A DNA stretch of 64,000 nt from Octopus vulgaris. Taxonomy: Eukaryota. Shown here piece by piece: positions 24,951 to 39,057 of the stretch. A program made the translations under genes and the position numbers. The notes below the pieces were generated by a model. That model searched no databases. It was not told where the DNA came from and worked only from the letters and a program-made list of their open reading frames with translations. The stretch's first letter is position 1. Every line of letters begins with the position of its first letter. The DNA lies in contig OX597814.1 in NCBI GenBank assembly GCA_951406725.2, forward strand, positions 99,200,001-99,264,000, in the 5' to 3' direction.

Positions 24951-27153
24951 ACAATAAGTGGTACAGAAGCACAGAAACTATCATATTCTGACCAGGTTCA
25001 CCTTGTCCGCCTCCTTTGCAGCGACCTTCACATTCTGTGGATGTACAAGAATAGACTGTACAGCATAGAGAATATAATACATGCAGTTTTACCGAAACAT
25101 AGTATCGTTGGGAAAATAGAGCTCGTTGTTCATCTGGCTAGCTGAAGTAAATACGTTGAAACATTATAGGAAATTCTGACGTGTTGGTCTTTTCAACTTC
25201 ATTAGCGAACAAAATATCATAAGTAATTTTGATTTCTTTTGATAATATAACAGAAAATAGCAATAGCCGGTTGATTTGACTTCAGCTTATTAGGAGTTCT
25301 GTACCATTAGCTCACAGAAAAATGAAAAGCAAATTGCACTAAGGCAGAATTTAAGCACAAAATAGAAAATTGCCCAGTGAAAACGACGAAAATCACTACT
25401 CATCTGAAGAAATAGTTAATCAGCTTCGAGGTGGCTCTTATTGTTATTTTTCTTCTTCATATATTTCAATAAAAATGTGTCACGAATATCTGAGAAATCA
25501 ATGAGGTTCTGTACTATTCAAAGTAATAATAATAATGAGCAATGTTACCTCTTAAACTGTAGAACATTTTTGATATTTTTGTAAAGTGAGATACGAATTA
25601 GTGATGTCCAGACGTTTCATAAATATATTTAAAAGGGAAATGAATTATATAAAAAATCGAAACCTACTTATGGATTCTAATGATATGAAATGATGTTTTA
25701 CTGTTGGTCTAGAATGTTCACTAGACTTGACTCGCTATTTCATTAGCATCCAAGAGATATTCAATAGGTGGAAGTATGCGATGGAAGATAATATCTCTTC
25801 TGTTATATTTGATCTGAGAAATTAAAGCAAAACTTTATATAATATAAAGTGTCTAATCTGATGATTGTCAGTCTCAAGGTCAATACTATCTTCCATTGTT
25901 ATATCAATCCTCATATGGACTGGAATATTGCTTACAGCTGTTTATAGATGATTGATTAAACCCAATATATTTCATGTTTTATGTTTTACACTCAGAAAAG
26001 ACGAAATTCAAAATCAACACCGACATGATAGATTCTTTGATAGATTCTTACCTGTTGCAGTTTGGTATTTTGCGCCGGTTCTACCCCAAATAAGTAGACA
26101 TAAGATTAAAGATTATCAAACTTAAACTATTCCATCTGTTTAGGAGTATAGTGAACTATCTTATCTATCTTAAGATATCCTTATTTAAGAAGGTAAACTA
26201 TTCAATGAGTTCATGACAGTAGCCTTATAGTCGACTGAGTATTTCTCAATATGTCTGGTTGTTAAAATATAAATTAGGTTAAATCGTAACGCCGAATCCA
26301 TCAGGATTCGCAGTGAGAGAACGTAAAGCAACAAATTTAAATAAGAGTATGTTACACGATTTTTGATCTTGGGTAGAAACTGCTATTTCCTGTTTGCTTA
26401 CCCCGCCAGAAAGAAAGAAAATTGGTTGATATTTCTTTCAAACTGTGCTTTTGTTACATTTATTTAAACCACAAAAAATTCCTTTCAAACACATAGCCAT
26501 GTTGCTCCCCTATTACTCCTGCTCATTATCAGAGATGCACATATTGTCAACCACTAAAGGGCATGCTCAAGTGGTCAAGCAACGGACAAGGAAATCTGTG
26601 GTATTGAGCAGAATATTTGCTATAGCAATATTTCTGCTTCAACAACTCAGCACTAAATCTGTCTGAAATGTAATGGAGGATAAGCCAGTTTCAAAATATT
26701 GATGTCCAGGTCACAAAGCAAAGACTGAAGGGAATAGTTGTCATTTGATTTCTAAATAGAAGTAAATAAGAAATAACGCTCATTGACCAAAGCAAAAAGG
26801 AAATAAAAAAATTTGTTACACAGGGTAATTTGAATGCATTTCACTCAGCGCTTGTTGCATCAAAAACCATACGGCGACAAATAATGATACGTCTTAAGCG
26901 TTCTAATTTAAATGCACGAATCCATTTCAGATGACTGGGATCCACAAGGTGGTTTCGTGTTTTACACGATATTTAATCTCCCACTCAACCTTCAAATACC
27001 TTTATGAAACATGATTCTAGGTTACGAAAATTAACGTAAACATGACAGGACTTGAAATCAGAATGTAATGGTTAGAAACTACATAAATATCAGTCTTTAG
27101 TTCGCCTTTCTATCATTGTAGCTCTTAGCTAACCACATCTACGTCTGAAACAA

Positions 27154-27248
<95 letters not shown>

Positions 27249-27684
27249 TTTTTTTTATATACATATAAGCAAAGTAAAGCAAAGCAAAACAAAAAGCCCA
27301 ACAATATCGTTAATCGTGTACAAAGGAAAAGAACAACATTATGAACTACAGGGAGGAAGGAAAGGAAGAGAAAAGAAACAAAGAGAAGTAAACACATCAC
27401 TTGTGGTAACAATAACAACGGTAACAATTGATAGAGAGAATATAAAGAAAATTGTATATGTAATATACCTGACAATTCAGATTACGTTGCTAAGAACCGG
27501 TTTTATGGGAAAATACTCTCTCTACAATCAGTTCGCCTATGATTATGTTATGCTAGTCAATAAACGTACATATATGTACACGCACGCACACACACACACA
27601 CGCATACATATATAAAATATATGTAAATATAAGTGTGTTCATCTAAGTGTGCATATATGCACGTTTATGCAAATACGTCCGTAA

Positions 27685-27717
<33 letters not shown>

Positions 27718-28134
27718 GGTATGGGTGTATGTATGTATCTGTGTGGGTGTGTCTGTAGGTGTATAAGTTTATGAGAAAAAGTAGCTACTTACTTCTACAC
27801 AAATATATGCACATACACAAATGTATGTATATCGTGTTTCTTTATTCAAACAGTGAAACATTGGAGCTAAAAACACATTGCATACAGACACACCAAAAAA
27901 CAAACGCACGCAAATATACATTCCCTTGTATCTAAGACTTTCTCTTTCACTCTCCCTCTTTCAGTCTGTCTTTCACTCTCTCTCTCTTTCACTCACCCTC
28001 TCTCTCTTTCACTATCTCTCTCTGTATATACCTATCACTATCAATGTATCTATCTATGTGTACATAATGATATGTAGTTATACTTTTATAGATCTATGTA
28101 GAGAAATAGATATAGATCTATGTGTACAAAGAAA

Positions 28135-28173
<39 letters not shown>

Positions 28174-28191
28174 TTATATATATATAAACAC

Positions 28192-28322
<131 letters not shown>

Positions 28323-28383
28323 TATGAGTGTGTGTGTGTATATATATATAGGGAGAGAGAAAGAGAAAGGGAGAGATAAATGT

Positions 28384-28787
28384 TATACTCTTTACTTGTT
28401 TCAGTCATTTGACTGCGGCCATGCTGAAGCACCGCCTTTCATCGAGCAAATCGACCCCAGGACTTATTCTTTTGTAAGCCCAGTACTTATTTTATCGGTC
28501 TCTTTTGCCGAACCGCTTAGTAACGGGCACATAAACACACCAGCATCGGTTGTCAAGCAATGCTAGGGGGACAAACACAGACACACAAACACATACACAC
28601 ACACACATATATATATACATATATACGACAGGCTTCTTTCAGTTTCTGTCTACCAAATCCACTCACAAGGCTTTGGTCGGCCCGAGGCTATAGTAGAAGA
28701 CACTTACCCAAGGTGCCACGCAGTGGGACTGAACCCGGAACCATGTGGTTGGTAAACAAGCTACTTACCACACAGCCACTCCTGCGG
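28384..28787 (-). mobile_element. SINE family A, full-length young copy
   Basis: Near-identical to 16468-16870. Confidence 0.93.
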
Positions 28788-28799
28788 TTTATGTTTATA

Positions 28800-29030
28800 T
28801 ACGTATATGTTGTGTGTGCGTGTGCGCTGTGTTTTTCTCCCATCACTGCTTGATAACTGATGTTTGGGGTATTTACATCCCCGTAATTTAGCTGCTCAGC
28901 AAAAGACACCGATAAAATAAGTATCAGGCTTTTAAAAAATACAAGTGCTGGGGTCGATTCGTTCTACAAAAAATTCTCCACGATGGAGCCCCAGCATGGT
29001 CAGTGTCTAATACCTGAAACAAGTACAAGA
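28800..29030 (+). mobile_element. SINE family A, older 3' half
   Basis: GCTTGATAACTGATG...GGGGTCGATTCG...CCAGCATGGTC...TGAAACAAGTA. Confidence 0.8.
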
Positions 29031-30146
29031 TATATATATGCTTATATAAACATATCTGCGTGTATGTATATGTGTATGTATGAGTGAGCGTATGTGCGTT
29101 GGCTTGACTGTCAGTGTGTAAGGCTATCAATATGTACGGAGGCTGTATTTATACATCGATGCAGATTTGCCTCACTGACGTAAAAGAACTCGTTTAAGCC
29201 GAAAACAACAAGTTATTTAGTGATGATTGACATTTCAGACAAGACTTGTACAACGATATTTACATACGATGACCATTGTAAGATTAACTCCATCGACAGA
29301 GACTTAACAGGAAACAGTATTAATGTAAGTTAAACTGTTTTCCTTAAAGGATATTCTTAATTAAAATACGTATTTGTATGACGCAGCCAAATTGATTGGT
29401 ACGTCGCCATTTATACAAGCTCTATTGCTTACATCATTTTCTTTTCCCCTCTTGATCGAAAGATAACTGTTTAACTATGTCTTTTCCAAATATACACTCC
29501 TAATCTGACTTAATAGATAAACATATCTATATATGGAGACCCCTTGTTTTGCCATGTTTTTATATCCTCCACTCATCCACCTCTACACACAAGTATTTAT
29601 ATGTAAGTATGTATGTATGCATGTAGGTATGTAGGTATGTATATATTACTCAAACACAAAACAGACACAGAGATATATGTGTGTGTATGTAAGTGAATAC
29701 ATACATACATACATACACTCACACATGCACACATATAAATATGAACGCATAACCAACTTTGGTCTCAGTATATATTTTAATTCATGATAACATACCCATC
29801 ACTGTACATATTTCATCACGCTACTTTAGCATTTGAGTTTTTGTATATACATTTATCCGTTCTCCGAAAGATGAGCAATTAGTTACCCTGTCTACTATAT
29901 TGACGATCACCAAATACATCCATTCGGAGTTTTCTACTTTTTGACTCATTCATTCACAAACTTCTCCACACACGATTTGGACTAAAATCTTAAGAAAATA
30001 CGAAATTGCTAAAATGTCAATGTCATGATTAGCTAAAGTGAAACTGGTCGACAAACACAATAGTCTTTCACTTATATATAAAAAAAATGTACTAAATTAT
30101 GTAAACGTTGTGCATTTTCTTTCTTTTATTTTATATAAATATATTT

Positions 30147-30201
30147 TGCATTACATCTCACGACGTGGGGATAATTGAAAATCTACTATATATATATATA
30201 T

Positions 30202-30258
<57 letters not shown>

Positions 30259-30338
30259 AAGAGAAAAAGAGAGAGAGAGAGAGAAAAAAAAGTGGGTAGT
30301 AGATTTTCGATTATCCCCGGGTGGTGAGATGTAATGTA
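30147..30338. repeat. 42-bp inverted repeats bracketing a (TA)n(GA)n tract; MITE-like
   Basis: 30147-30188 is the reverse complement of 30297-30338 with about 5 mismatches. Confidence 0.75.
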
Positions 30339-30399
30339 ATCGCTGACAGAGTTTTACTATGCTTCTATATAATTCATTCCCATTTGTTTTTCTTGTGCG

Positions 30400-30819
30400 A
30401 TGCGTAAATTGTCGCCATTTTATATTCTAATTTCGCGCACACGCATTCTGTGTTTTTCATTTTGTCGACTACACAGTAAAATAAGGGTCAGTTGGGCACC
30501 GTCTGAAAGAAAAACAATACCATGATGCGATTCACTCTGTCATAAATTTGGAAACGACATACTGCACTGCTTGGCATTCACGCCGGAAGTTTCAGTACAA
30601 TCATTTCAGAGTGTTTGGGTGTCAGTCTGAGGACAGCGCAATGTGAGTAATAAAAATCAAACAACCAGTCAACATTATGGTGTTTGGAGTGATCACTAGT
30701 GATGGCGACGTTATCCCTCCAATCATCTTTCCACACGGCCTGACACTCAACACGGAGGTCTACATTAACTGTCTGGAAGAGGTAGTGCTGCCCGGATGAA
30801 GAGAGTGGCTGCTGGAAGT

Positions 30820-30821
<2 letters not shown>
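30400..30821 (+). mobile_element. Internally deleted maT/DD37D-like transposon
   Basis: KQPVNIMVFGVITSDGDVIPPIIFPHGLTLNTEVYINCLEEVVLP..KRVAAGSP; its 5' block AGGGTCAGTTGGGCACCGTCT is shared with 37332-37510. Confidence 0.75.
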
Positions 30822-30885
<64 letters not shown>

Positions 30886-31034
30886 AGGGACGGTGACGTT
30901 GATGTTCGCCTGGGGCTAAATGCAACAGTGACACCCCCACCACCCTGCCCTGTCCCTAGCCATATTCAGTTGGCTAATGTCCCTTATATTATGGAGCAGT
31001 CACTGTCTATATCTCATTTAGAGAATTATTATTG

Positions 31035-31091
<57 letters not shown>

Positions 31092-31094
<3 letters not shown>

Positions 31095-31399
31095 GGCGCA
31101 ATGGCCTAGTGGTTAGGGCTGCGGACTCGCGGTCGTAGGATCGCGGTTTCGATTCCCAGACCGGGCGTTGTGAGTGTTTTTTGAGCGAAAACACCTAAAA
31201 TGCTCCACGAGGCTCCGGCAGGGGGTGGTGGCAATCCCTGCTGTACTCTTTCGCCACAACTTTCTCTCACTCTTTCTTCTGTTGGCCTGCTCGCTTAGCC
31301 AGCGGCGTGGCGTCATTTGAAGGCTAAAACAATGCGAAGTGCTTTGTGACCAGCGATGTGTAACAACATCTGATGGCCTGGTCGGTCACGGTGATCACG

Positions 31400-31403
<4 letters not shown>
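31092..31403 (+). mobile_element. SINE family C, full length, inserted in (TA)n
   Basis: GGAGGCGCAATGGCCTAGTGGTTAG (A box), GGTTTCGATTCCC (B box), tail GTCACGGTGATCACGGTGA; other copies at 44064 and 59895. Confidence 0.92.
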
Positions 31404-31430
<27 letters not shown>

Positions 31431-31433
<3 letters not shown>

Positions 31434-31711
31434 TTACAAACAACTTGCACATGCAAGTGCTACCAGTCAAAAACTCCGTATACCGGAAGTGTATGGGGTC
31501 ATCAGGAGAGAATGCGCGCCGTTTCGGGGCCTACCTCTCGACGGCATCAATGAGAACCGGCCCCCTCACTGATATGAGGCCCCGCTTGCTAGATCAGCTG
31601 GTTATCAAATAAAGCTCAATATCCCTCTAGCCATCGGCCATCATCTCTTTTTAACCAAATCCAGCGGCTAGCCTTCTCCACTGTAGATTGGATGTCGGTC
31701 ATGGTGGTCAT

Positions 31712-31713
<2 letters not shown>
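31431..31713 (+). mobile_element. Unclassified GC-rich retroelement 3' fragment between (TA)n tracts
   Basis: Ends GTCGGTCATGGTGGTCATGGT(AT)n, like the SINE C tail. Confidence 0.5.
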
Positions 31714-31797
<84 letters not shown>

Positions 31798-31798
<1 letters not shown>

Positions 31799-33008
31799 GA
31801 GGGGCGTTCAATAAGTAATGCCCCTGACCCACTTCCCAGAGCGGTAGAGCAACGAAACTTGGCACAGTTATTAGTCTTTTTCTACATAGGAACCACCCAG
31901 AGTTACGCATTTCTCCCGTTGCTTGATGCAGCTCTGGAGACCGTTTTTGTAGAATACCCCAGCTTGGTCCTCCAACCTGAACGTGACTTCAGAAATCAAG
32001 GCTGCATCATCTGGGAAACGCTTTCCTTTCAAAAACAACTTCATGACTGGGAAGAGGTGAAAATCAGAGGGTGCAAGGTCAGGAAAGTAGGGGGATGGGG
32101 GAGGAGTTCATAGCCATACGCCTGTGCTTCTGATCTGGCGACAAGCGAGTTGTGGACCGGAGCGTTATCCTGCAGGAGGAGGATGCCTTTGCTGATCTTG
32201 CCCCGCCTCTTGATTTTGATAACTTCTCTTAATGTCCTCAAAAGTGAAGCATAATAGGCGCCTGCAATTGTGGTACCCTTTGCCAGGAAATCTGTCATCA
32301 CTACTCCGTCCTGGTCCCAGAAGACTGTGAGCATGACCTTGCCAGCGGAGGGCTGCACCCTTGCCTTCTTTGGAGGGGTGAGTCACGGTGCTTCCACTGC
32401 ATTGACTGGGCTTTGGTCTCTGGATCATCGTGATGGACCCAGGTTTCATCCTGTGTAATCAGTCTTTTGAAAAATTTTGACTCATCTTCTTGGCACATCT
32501 CCAAATTCACCCTCGAGCACTCGACGCGTTCTTGCTTCTGGAAAGGCGTGAGTAACCTGGGAATCCATCTGGCAGACACCTTTTGCATATGCAAATGGTC
32601 ATGAATGATAGTTTCCACAGACCCAGTACTAATCTTGACCTCATGGGCTATTTGGCGAATAATTATGCGTCGATCTTCCAAAATGGCAGCCTCAACTTGA
32701 CGGACAGATGCCAGCGTTTTACAAGATCATATGATGGGGCATCATCACCATAAGTTACTTTCATTTCATCAAAAGTCTCCCGTGGTGTGCGTCCTTTCAA
32801 ATACAAAAACCGGATCACTGCTCGACACTCAACAGGCTCCATTTCACACTTGACTCGGTTCAAACACCTGTAAATAAGAAACCACAATTAATTCAGAGCT
32901 GTAATTTGCCACTTACTTTATAGAGATATAAATGATTACACATGCAAAATTTCAGCTAGATCAAACAACTGCAAGTGGGTCAGAGGCATTACTTATTGAA
33001 CGTCCCTC

Positions 33009-33009
<1 letters not shown>
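31798..33009 (-). mobile_element. Mariner element with both TIRs (irritans-like), in (TA)n
   Basis: TIRs CGAGGGGCGTTCAATAAGTAATGCCCCTGACCCACTT and AAGTGGGTCAGAGGCATTACTTATTGAACGTCCCTCG, TA on both sides. Confidence 0.96.
31871..32842 (-). pseudogene. Mariner transposase, frameshifted with an internal deletion
   Basis: MEPVECRAVIRFLYLKG, WIPRLL, LITQDETWVHH, LLQDNAPVH, LPHPP, YVEKD* split over several frames. Confidence 0.93.
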
Positions 33010-33051
<42 letters not shown>

Positions 33052-33759
33052 GAAATGTATACACTTATATATAAATACATACATACATACAGACATATAT
33101 GTGTGTGCACGTATGTATTTCTGTGTATGTGCTTGCGCGCTTCCGTATGTGCCTCCATATCAGTTATATAATATCATTCACGAGAAAAAAAACAGGTGTA
33201 TACTACCTAAATATAAAGTTTATTTTAGAAGGAATGTCGCAACTGATTTTCGGTCCCACACTTGAAATCGTTTTGTATCTGCATGTCTGTAAACGTGGGC
33301 ATACTTTTAACAATATGCACCGATGTAATTATATAATTGATTAAGTTGTCTGCGGTTGTACTGTTATGCTAATTAAGAAAAGGTGAGATTTAAATGAATT
33401 AGCGTATACATAATATAACTATATGAATTAAACATTTTTCTCAATAGACGAGAAAAGAATTATCGAAGTTATTTTAGGTGTTAATAACAACTGAAAATAA
33501 CCATTTTTTACAGATTTACCAGGCACTGAGAGAAAATCCTGTAGTAAACCACGTTTCTTAATATTCACTCATTATCTCTTAATTGTAAGTTTAATAACAT
33601 CGCATGCTCAGGACTTCACCTTCGATTCCCGCAAATTATGCATTTCATATAATGCTTCTTTTAATGCACTCATAGACAACATACATACACACACAAACGC
33701 ACATGCACACAGGCACACACAAATATGTAAATATATATTTATATATGTACATATAAGAG

Positions 33760-34826
33760 TTATATATTCGTTCTAAAATGCTACAGGAAATATGAAAACG
33801 CAACTGAAGTGCAAAGGCAGTTTAGGAGGGAGTTTCAAACAGATTCACCAACGTGACTTACCAACATTCGAATTAGAGATAAGTGTGAAGCCGATGGAAC
33901 TGTTCACAAGAGTTCTGCAAGACCACAAATATCAACAACCTTCACAAAGCAAAAATGAGTGCTGGAAACGTATCACCAAGCATTTTGAAGCGTTGTCAAG
34001 GGAAAAGTTACATTCCAAGGTCAGTCTATGCTATTAATGACGATGATCCAGACCGAAGAGTGAAGTATTTCGAGTGATACTTGGCACGATGCGAAGAAGC
34101 ACATTTTTCAACAAAGATTGTGTGGAGCGATGAGGCCACATACAGATTAAATGGTTCAATTAACTGGCACAATTGCACCTACTGGGGACATGAGAATCCG
34201 TATGTTATGGTGGAACACCAAGTTAATTTATTAGGCGTTATAGTGTGGTGTGGCTTATCATCAAGAAGATTAATTGGACCATTCTGTTTTGACGCTACTA
34301 TGACTGGTCCCGTTTACTTGAACTTGCTGCAACAGTCAGTCCTGCCAAGCATTAGAGAAGACTTTGAAGATGAGGAGTTTTATTTTCAGCAAGATGGGGC
34401 ACCCCACACTACCATTGTGATGTTATATCCTTCCTTGAGGAGATCTTGGCAAACAGGTGAATTAGACTAAGGGGTTCCCTTGAATACCCTTCGCATTCAA
34501 CATACCTCACACCACAAGACATTTTTATGGGGATACCTAAAAGACAAAGTCTACGTTATGAAACCTGCATCACTTGCTGATTTGAGAGCAGCCATTGACC
34601 GAGAATGCACACAAAGGTCAAGCGAATTGTTTCGTGATGTTTGCTATTCCATTGCTTCGCGTTTTCAGCAGTGCCTGGACGAGAGCGGACATCAGTTTGA
34701 AAACAGACGTTGACAAAACAATAAAATAATGTCTGTAAGACTCTATTAAATTTTGGAAATGAAATGTATTTTAATAAATACCTAGTTTATAATTATTTAA
34801 AGTGTGTATACATTTCTTTGGACACC
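33760..34826 (+). pseudogene. Tc1/mariner-superfamily transposase remnant (rosa/DD41D-like) with right TIR
   Basis: [42 protein letters not shown]; ends GTGTATACATTTCTTTGGACACC. Confidence 0.88.
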
Positions 34827-35959
34827 ATATATATATACATCTGTACGTATGAAGACATACGAGCGCGCGCACACGCACACACACACGAATTGTCAAGTCA
34901 AATCTGTATTATCTCTAGAAATGTTTTTTTTATATTTCATATTAAGTCCTTTCTGTCCATTTCTGAACGAGACATCCTTTTAGTCTATCAATGTTTCGAG
35001 AACTTCTCAGTCTTCTTAGTTGAGTATAACTAACATGGTAAAGCATTGCTTTCGTGTTTTTCGTGGGCAGAAAATGAACATGGGAATGAGGATTAACTAA
35101 AATTCTGTAACCTGTTGCATCAGGTCTGTGCCGGCCACTTTTTTCTGGGATCTTCATGCATTTACAAGACTAAATTAATCTAGCAAGATATTACAGTACA
35201 CGAAAATTACGTGGTGGTAAAATATTTGTTAATATCAGAGGTATAATTATTAAAAGATTTGACCAGTAAAACTACTTAGTAAGCGGTGTTGATAAATAGC
35301 AAAAAACAGTCCCAAATTATTTGATTACAATAGGGATGAAACAAATTATGGAACCTGGGAATAAGGAATACGATTTTGTCTGTTCTAGCATTAATTCCAT
35401 GAATCAATTACTGCCCAGTGCAAAACGCGTCTACGATAAGTCACTACTATAATTTTGTAAAAACGATTAATTTTTGAAAGCCATGATATATAAATGGTCT
35501 TTATATTTAGTATGGAATTCGATTGTTCGATAATGAATTTAGAGTATTAGGAGGGAAATCGGAAAATTCTTCAATAAATTATAAATGATAAACTAGAACA
35601 CAATTATATCATCAATGTAACATACATACACGTACACAAACAGACACACACTTACACACAGACATACATATATGCATATATATATATACACACACAGATA
35701 TATATATATATACATACGGACATATATATGTATGTATGCATATGCATATGTGTATATGTGTGCATGTATGTGTATGTGTGTGCGTTCGCGCGCGGCTAGA
35801 TATGCGCGCGGGCGGGCGTAGGGGACAGCTGGTGATTCAGTCTGTTGTTACTCGGTAGGAATCGTCAGCTTCTTCTAAGAGATGTAAACTCAGCTCTACC
35901 TTTAGTGATTATTCTTTCCCTTATTGCAACCCCATAACATGCATATCAGAAAATATGTA

Positions 35960-37325
<1,366 letters not shown>

Positions 37326-37331
37326 CATAAA

Positions 37332-37510
37332 TACAGGGTGAGGTGTCGCCATTTCATATATATTATATATTTATATTATAATTTGTCGCCCTTTCATATT
37401 TTTTATTTCGTAGATGCCCATTGTTTTTTTTTTTAGTTTGTCGACTTCAGAGTATAGTAGGGTCAGTTGGGCACCGTCTATCAGACGCAATTCAATCTGC
37501 CAGAAAATTC
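37332..37510 (+). mobile_element. 5' end of a maT-like transposon
   Basis: TA|CAGGGTG start; shares TTGTCGCC and AGGGTCAGTTGGGCACCGTCT with the 30400 copy. Confidence 0.65.
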
Positions 37511-37513
37511 ATA

Positions 37514-37710
37514 TAACATTTTGAATTTACGCTTAAACTCGTAAAACATTTGGTATCTAGACTTATCAAAATAAAAGGCACACCACCTAAGCCTAGATAT
37601 AAATTCGCTGGTCTTATGCAGGAGAGTTTCCATGTATAAGTTCTTCGATGGAATAGGAATATTCCTGGTAGAAATGCCCAAGTATTGCTTCTTCATTATA
37701 TCCAATCTGT
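37514..37710 (-). pseudogene. N-terminal fragment of a Penelope-like element ORF
   Basis: STRNIPIPSKNLYMETLLHKTSEFISRLRWCAFYF resembles the NIPIP..K.E.FI.R.RW.A start of PLE ORFs (from memory). Confidence 0.6.
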
Positions 37711-38739
37711 ATTGTAGTGCTCCAAAGAGTCGAATAAATTACAAAATATAAAGTTATATCTTGAGATCGCTAGTGACAACAACGGCCAAATTATATAACA
37801 GACTGGAATAGTAGTGCTCAAATGAGCTGTATACACTTTTTAATCCGAGAGGAGGCAATGTGAGCAGCAACTATAAGAACACTACAAAATCCACACAAAG
37901 ATCAAACACATACATATATTCATATATTCATTTATATCTACAGAACAGATATAATGCCCGACGTTTAAAAATATAGCAATATATAAATATATAAACACCA
38001 TATAAAAATATATAAATATATAAGAGAATCAATGTTGCATATCTAACACCTTGAATCTATGCTTAAACTCGTAAAACATTTGGTATCTGGACTTCAACAA
38101 ACATCAGATTTCATATACTCATGTACACTTTTAACAATTATGTAGACTTTAAGATAAAAAGTACTTAGAGAGAAATATACCTGCAGGTACCCGGAGAAAG
38201 GTACTGTCAATAGCTTGATTCGTGAATAGCTGTAAAAGATCTTGGGTCATGTTAAATGTGTTTTATTTTAAGCATTGTTTAGATTTGTTCTTTGACTACA
38301 TCAAATGTCATTTCTCTTGTATAGAAAGTTTGAATCTCTTCCTGTAGAATTACTTTTTTTTATTTAATTCTTGTAATTGTTTCTTTTACTCTATTCCTCC
38401 GACTTGTGTTATTTTTGAAATTGATTGGTAGATGGTTTTATTGTTGTTCTTGTAATGAATGATCCTGTTAGTATTTCACAATTCTTCACTGAAATTTTTG
38501 GCTCACCAATTTTCTAGTTGTATACCACAAGGTCTAATCTATGATCAATAATATTTTAGCGGTGACCATCCTGCCTTGTATGAAATAGTATTGGTTGCTT
38601 CACAATTCATCCAATACGTCCTTCTGTTTTTTTTTTTAAAGATGGCGGAGCAGCTTTGAGAAACTATATCTTAGTTCTCCCTAGTCTCACATTTACAATC
38701 TGAAAAGGCGTCGAAAGAAGGCACGTTTTTATGTTTTTG

Positions 38740-39057
38740 TAGTAAACACACCACCAACGGTGGTCAAGCGATGGCGAGGGACACACAAACACATAAACAC
38801 TAAACACACACACATACATGCATACATACATACATACATACATACATACATACATACATACATACATACATACATACATACACATACATGTATACGACGG
38901 GCTTCTTTCCGCTTCCGTCTACCAAATCTACTCACAAGGCTTTGGTCGGCCTGAGGCTATAGTAGAAGACACTTGCCCAAGGTGCCACGCAGTGGGAATG
39001 AACCTGGAACCATGTGGTTGGAAAAGAAGCTATTACCACACAACCACTCCTGCGCCT
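38740..39057 (-). mobile_element. SINE family A, 5' two-thirds with (TACA)n expansion
   Basis: Colinear with the 28384 copy; ends CCACTCCTGCGCCT. Confidence 0.9.

Noticed and set aside
26808-26828. miR-10-like seed TACCCTGT on the minus strand
   Set aside because: The remainder differs from miR-10 and no precursor hairpin is evident.
31092-31165. tRNA gene (also the heads of other SINE copies)
   Set aside because: No acceptor-stem closure or terminator; it continues into a multi-copy SINE body.
31494-31530. Permuted hammerhead on the minus strand (GAAAC...CTGATGA)
   Set aside because: The would-be stem II strands are both CCCC and cannot pair.
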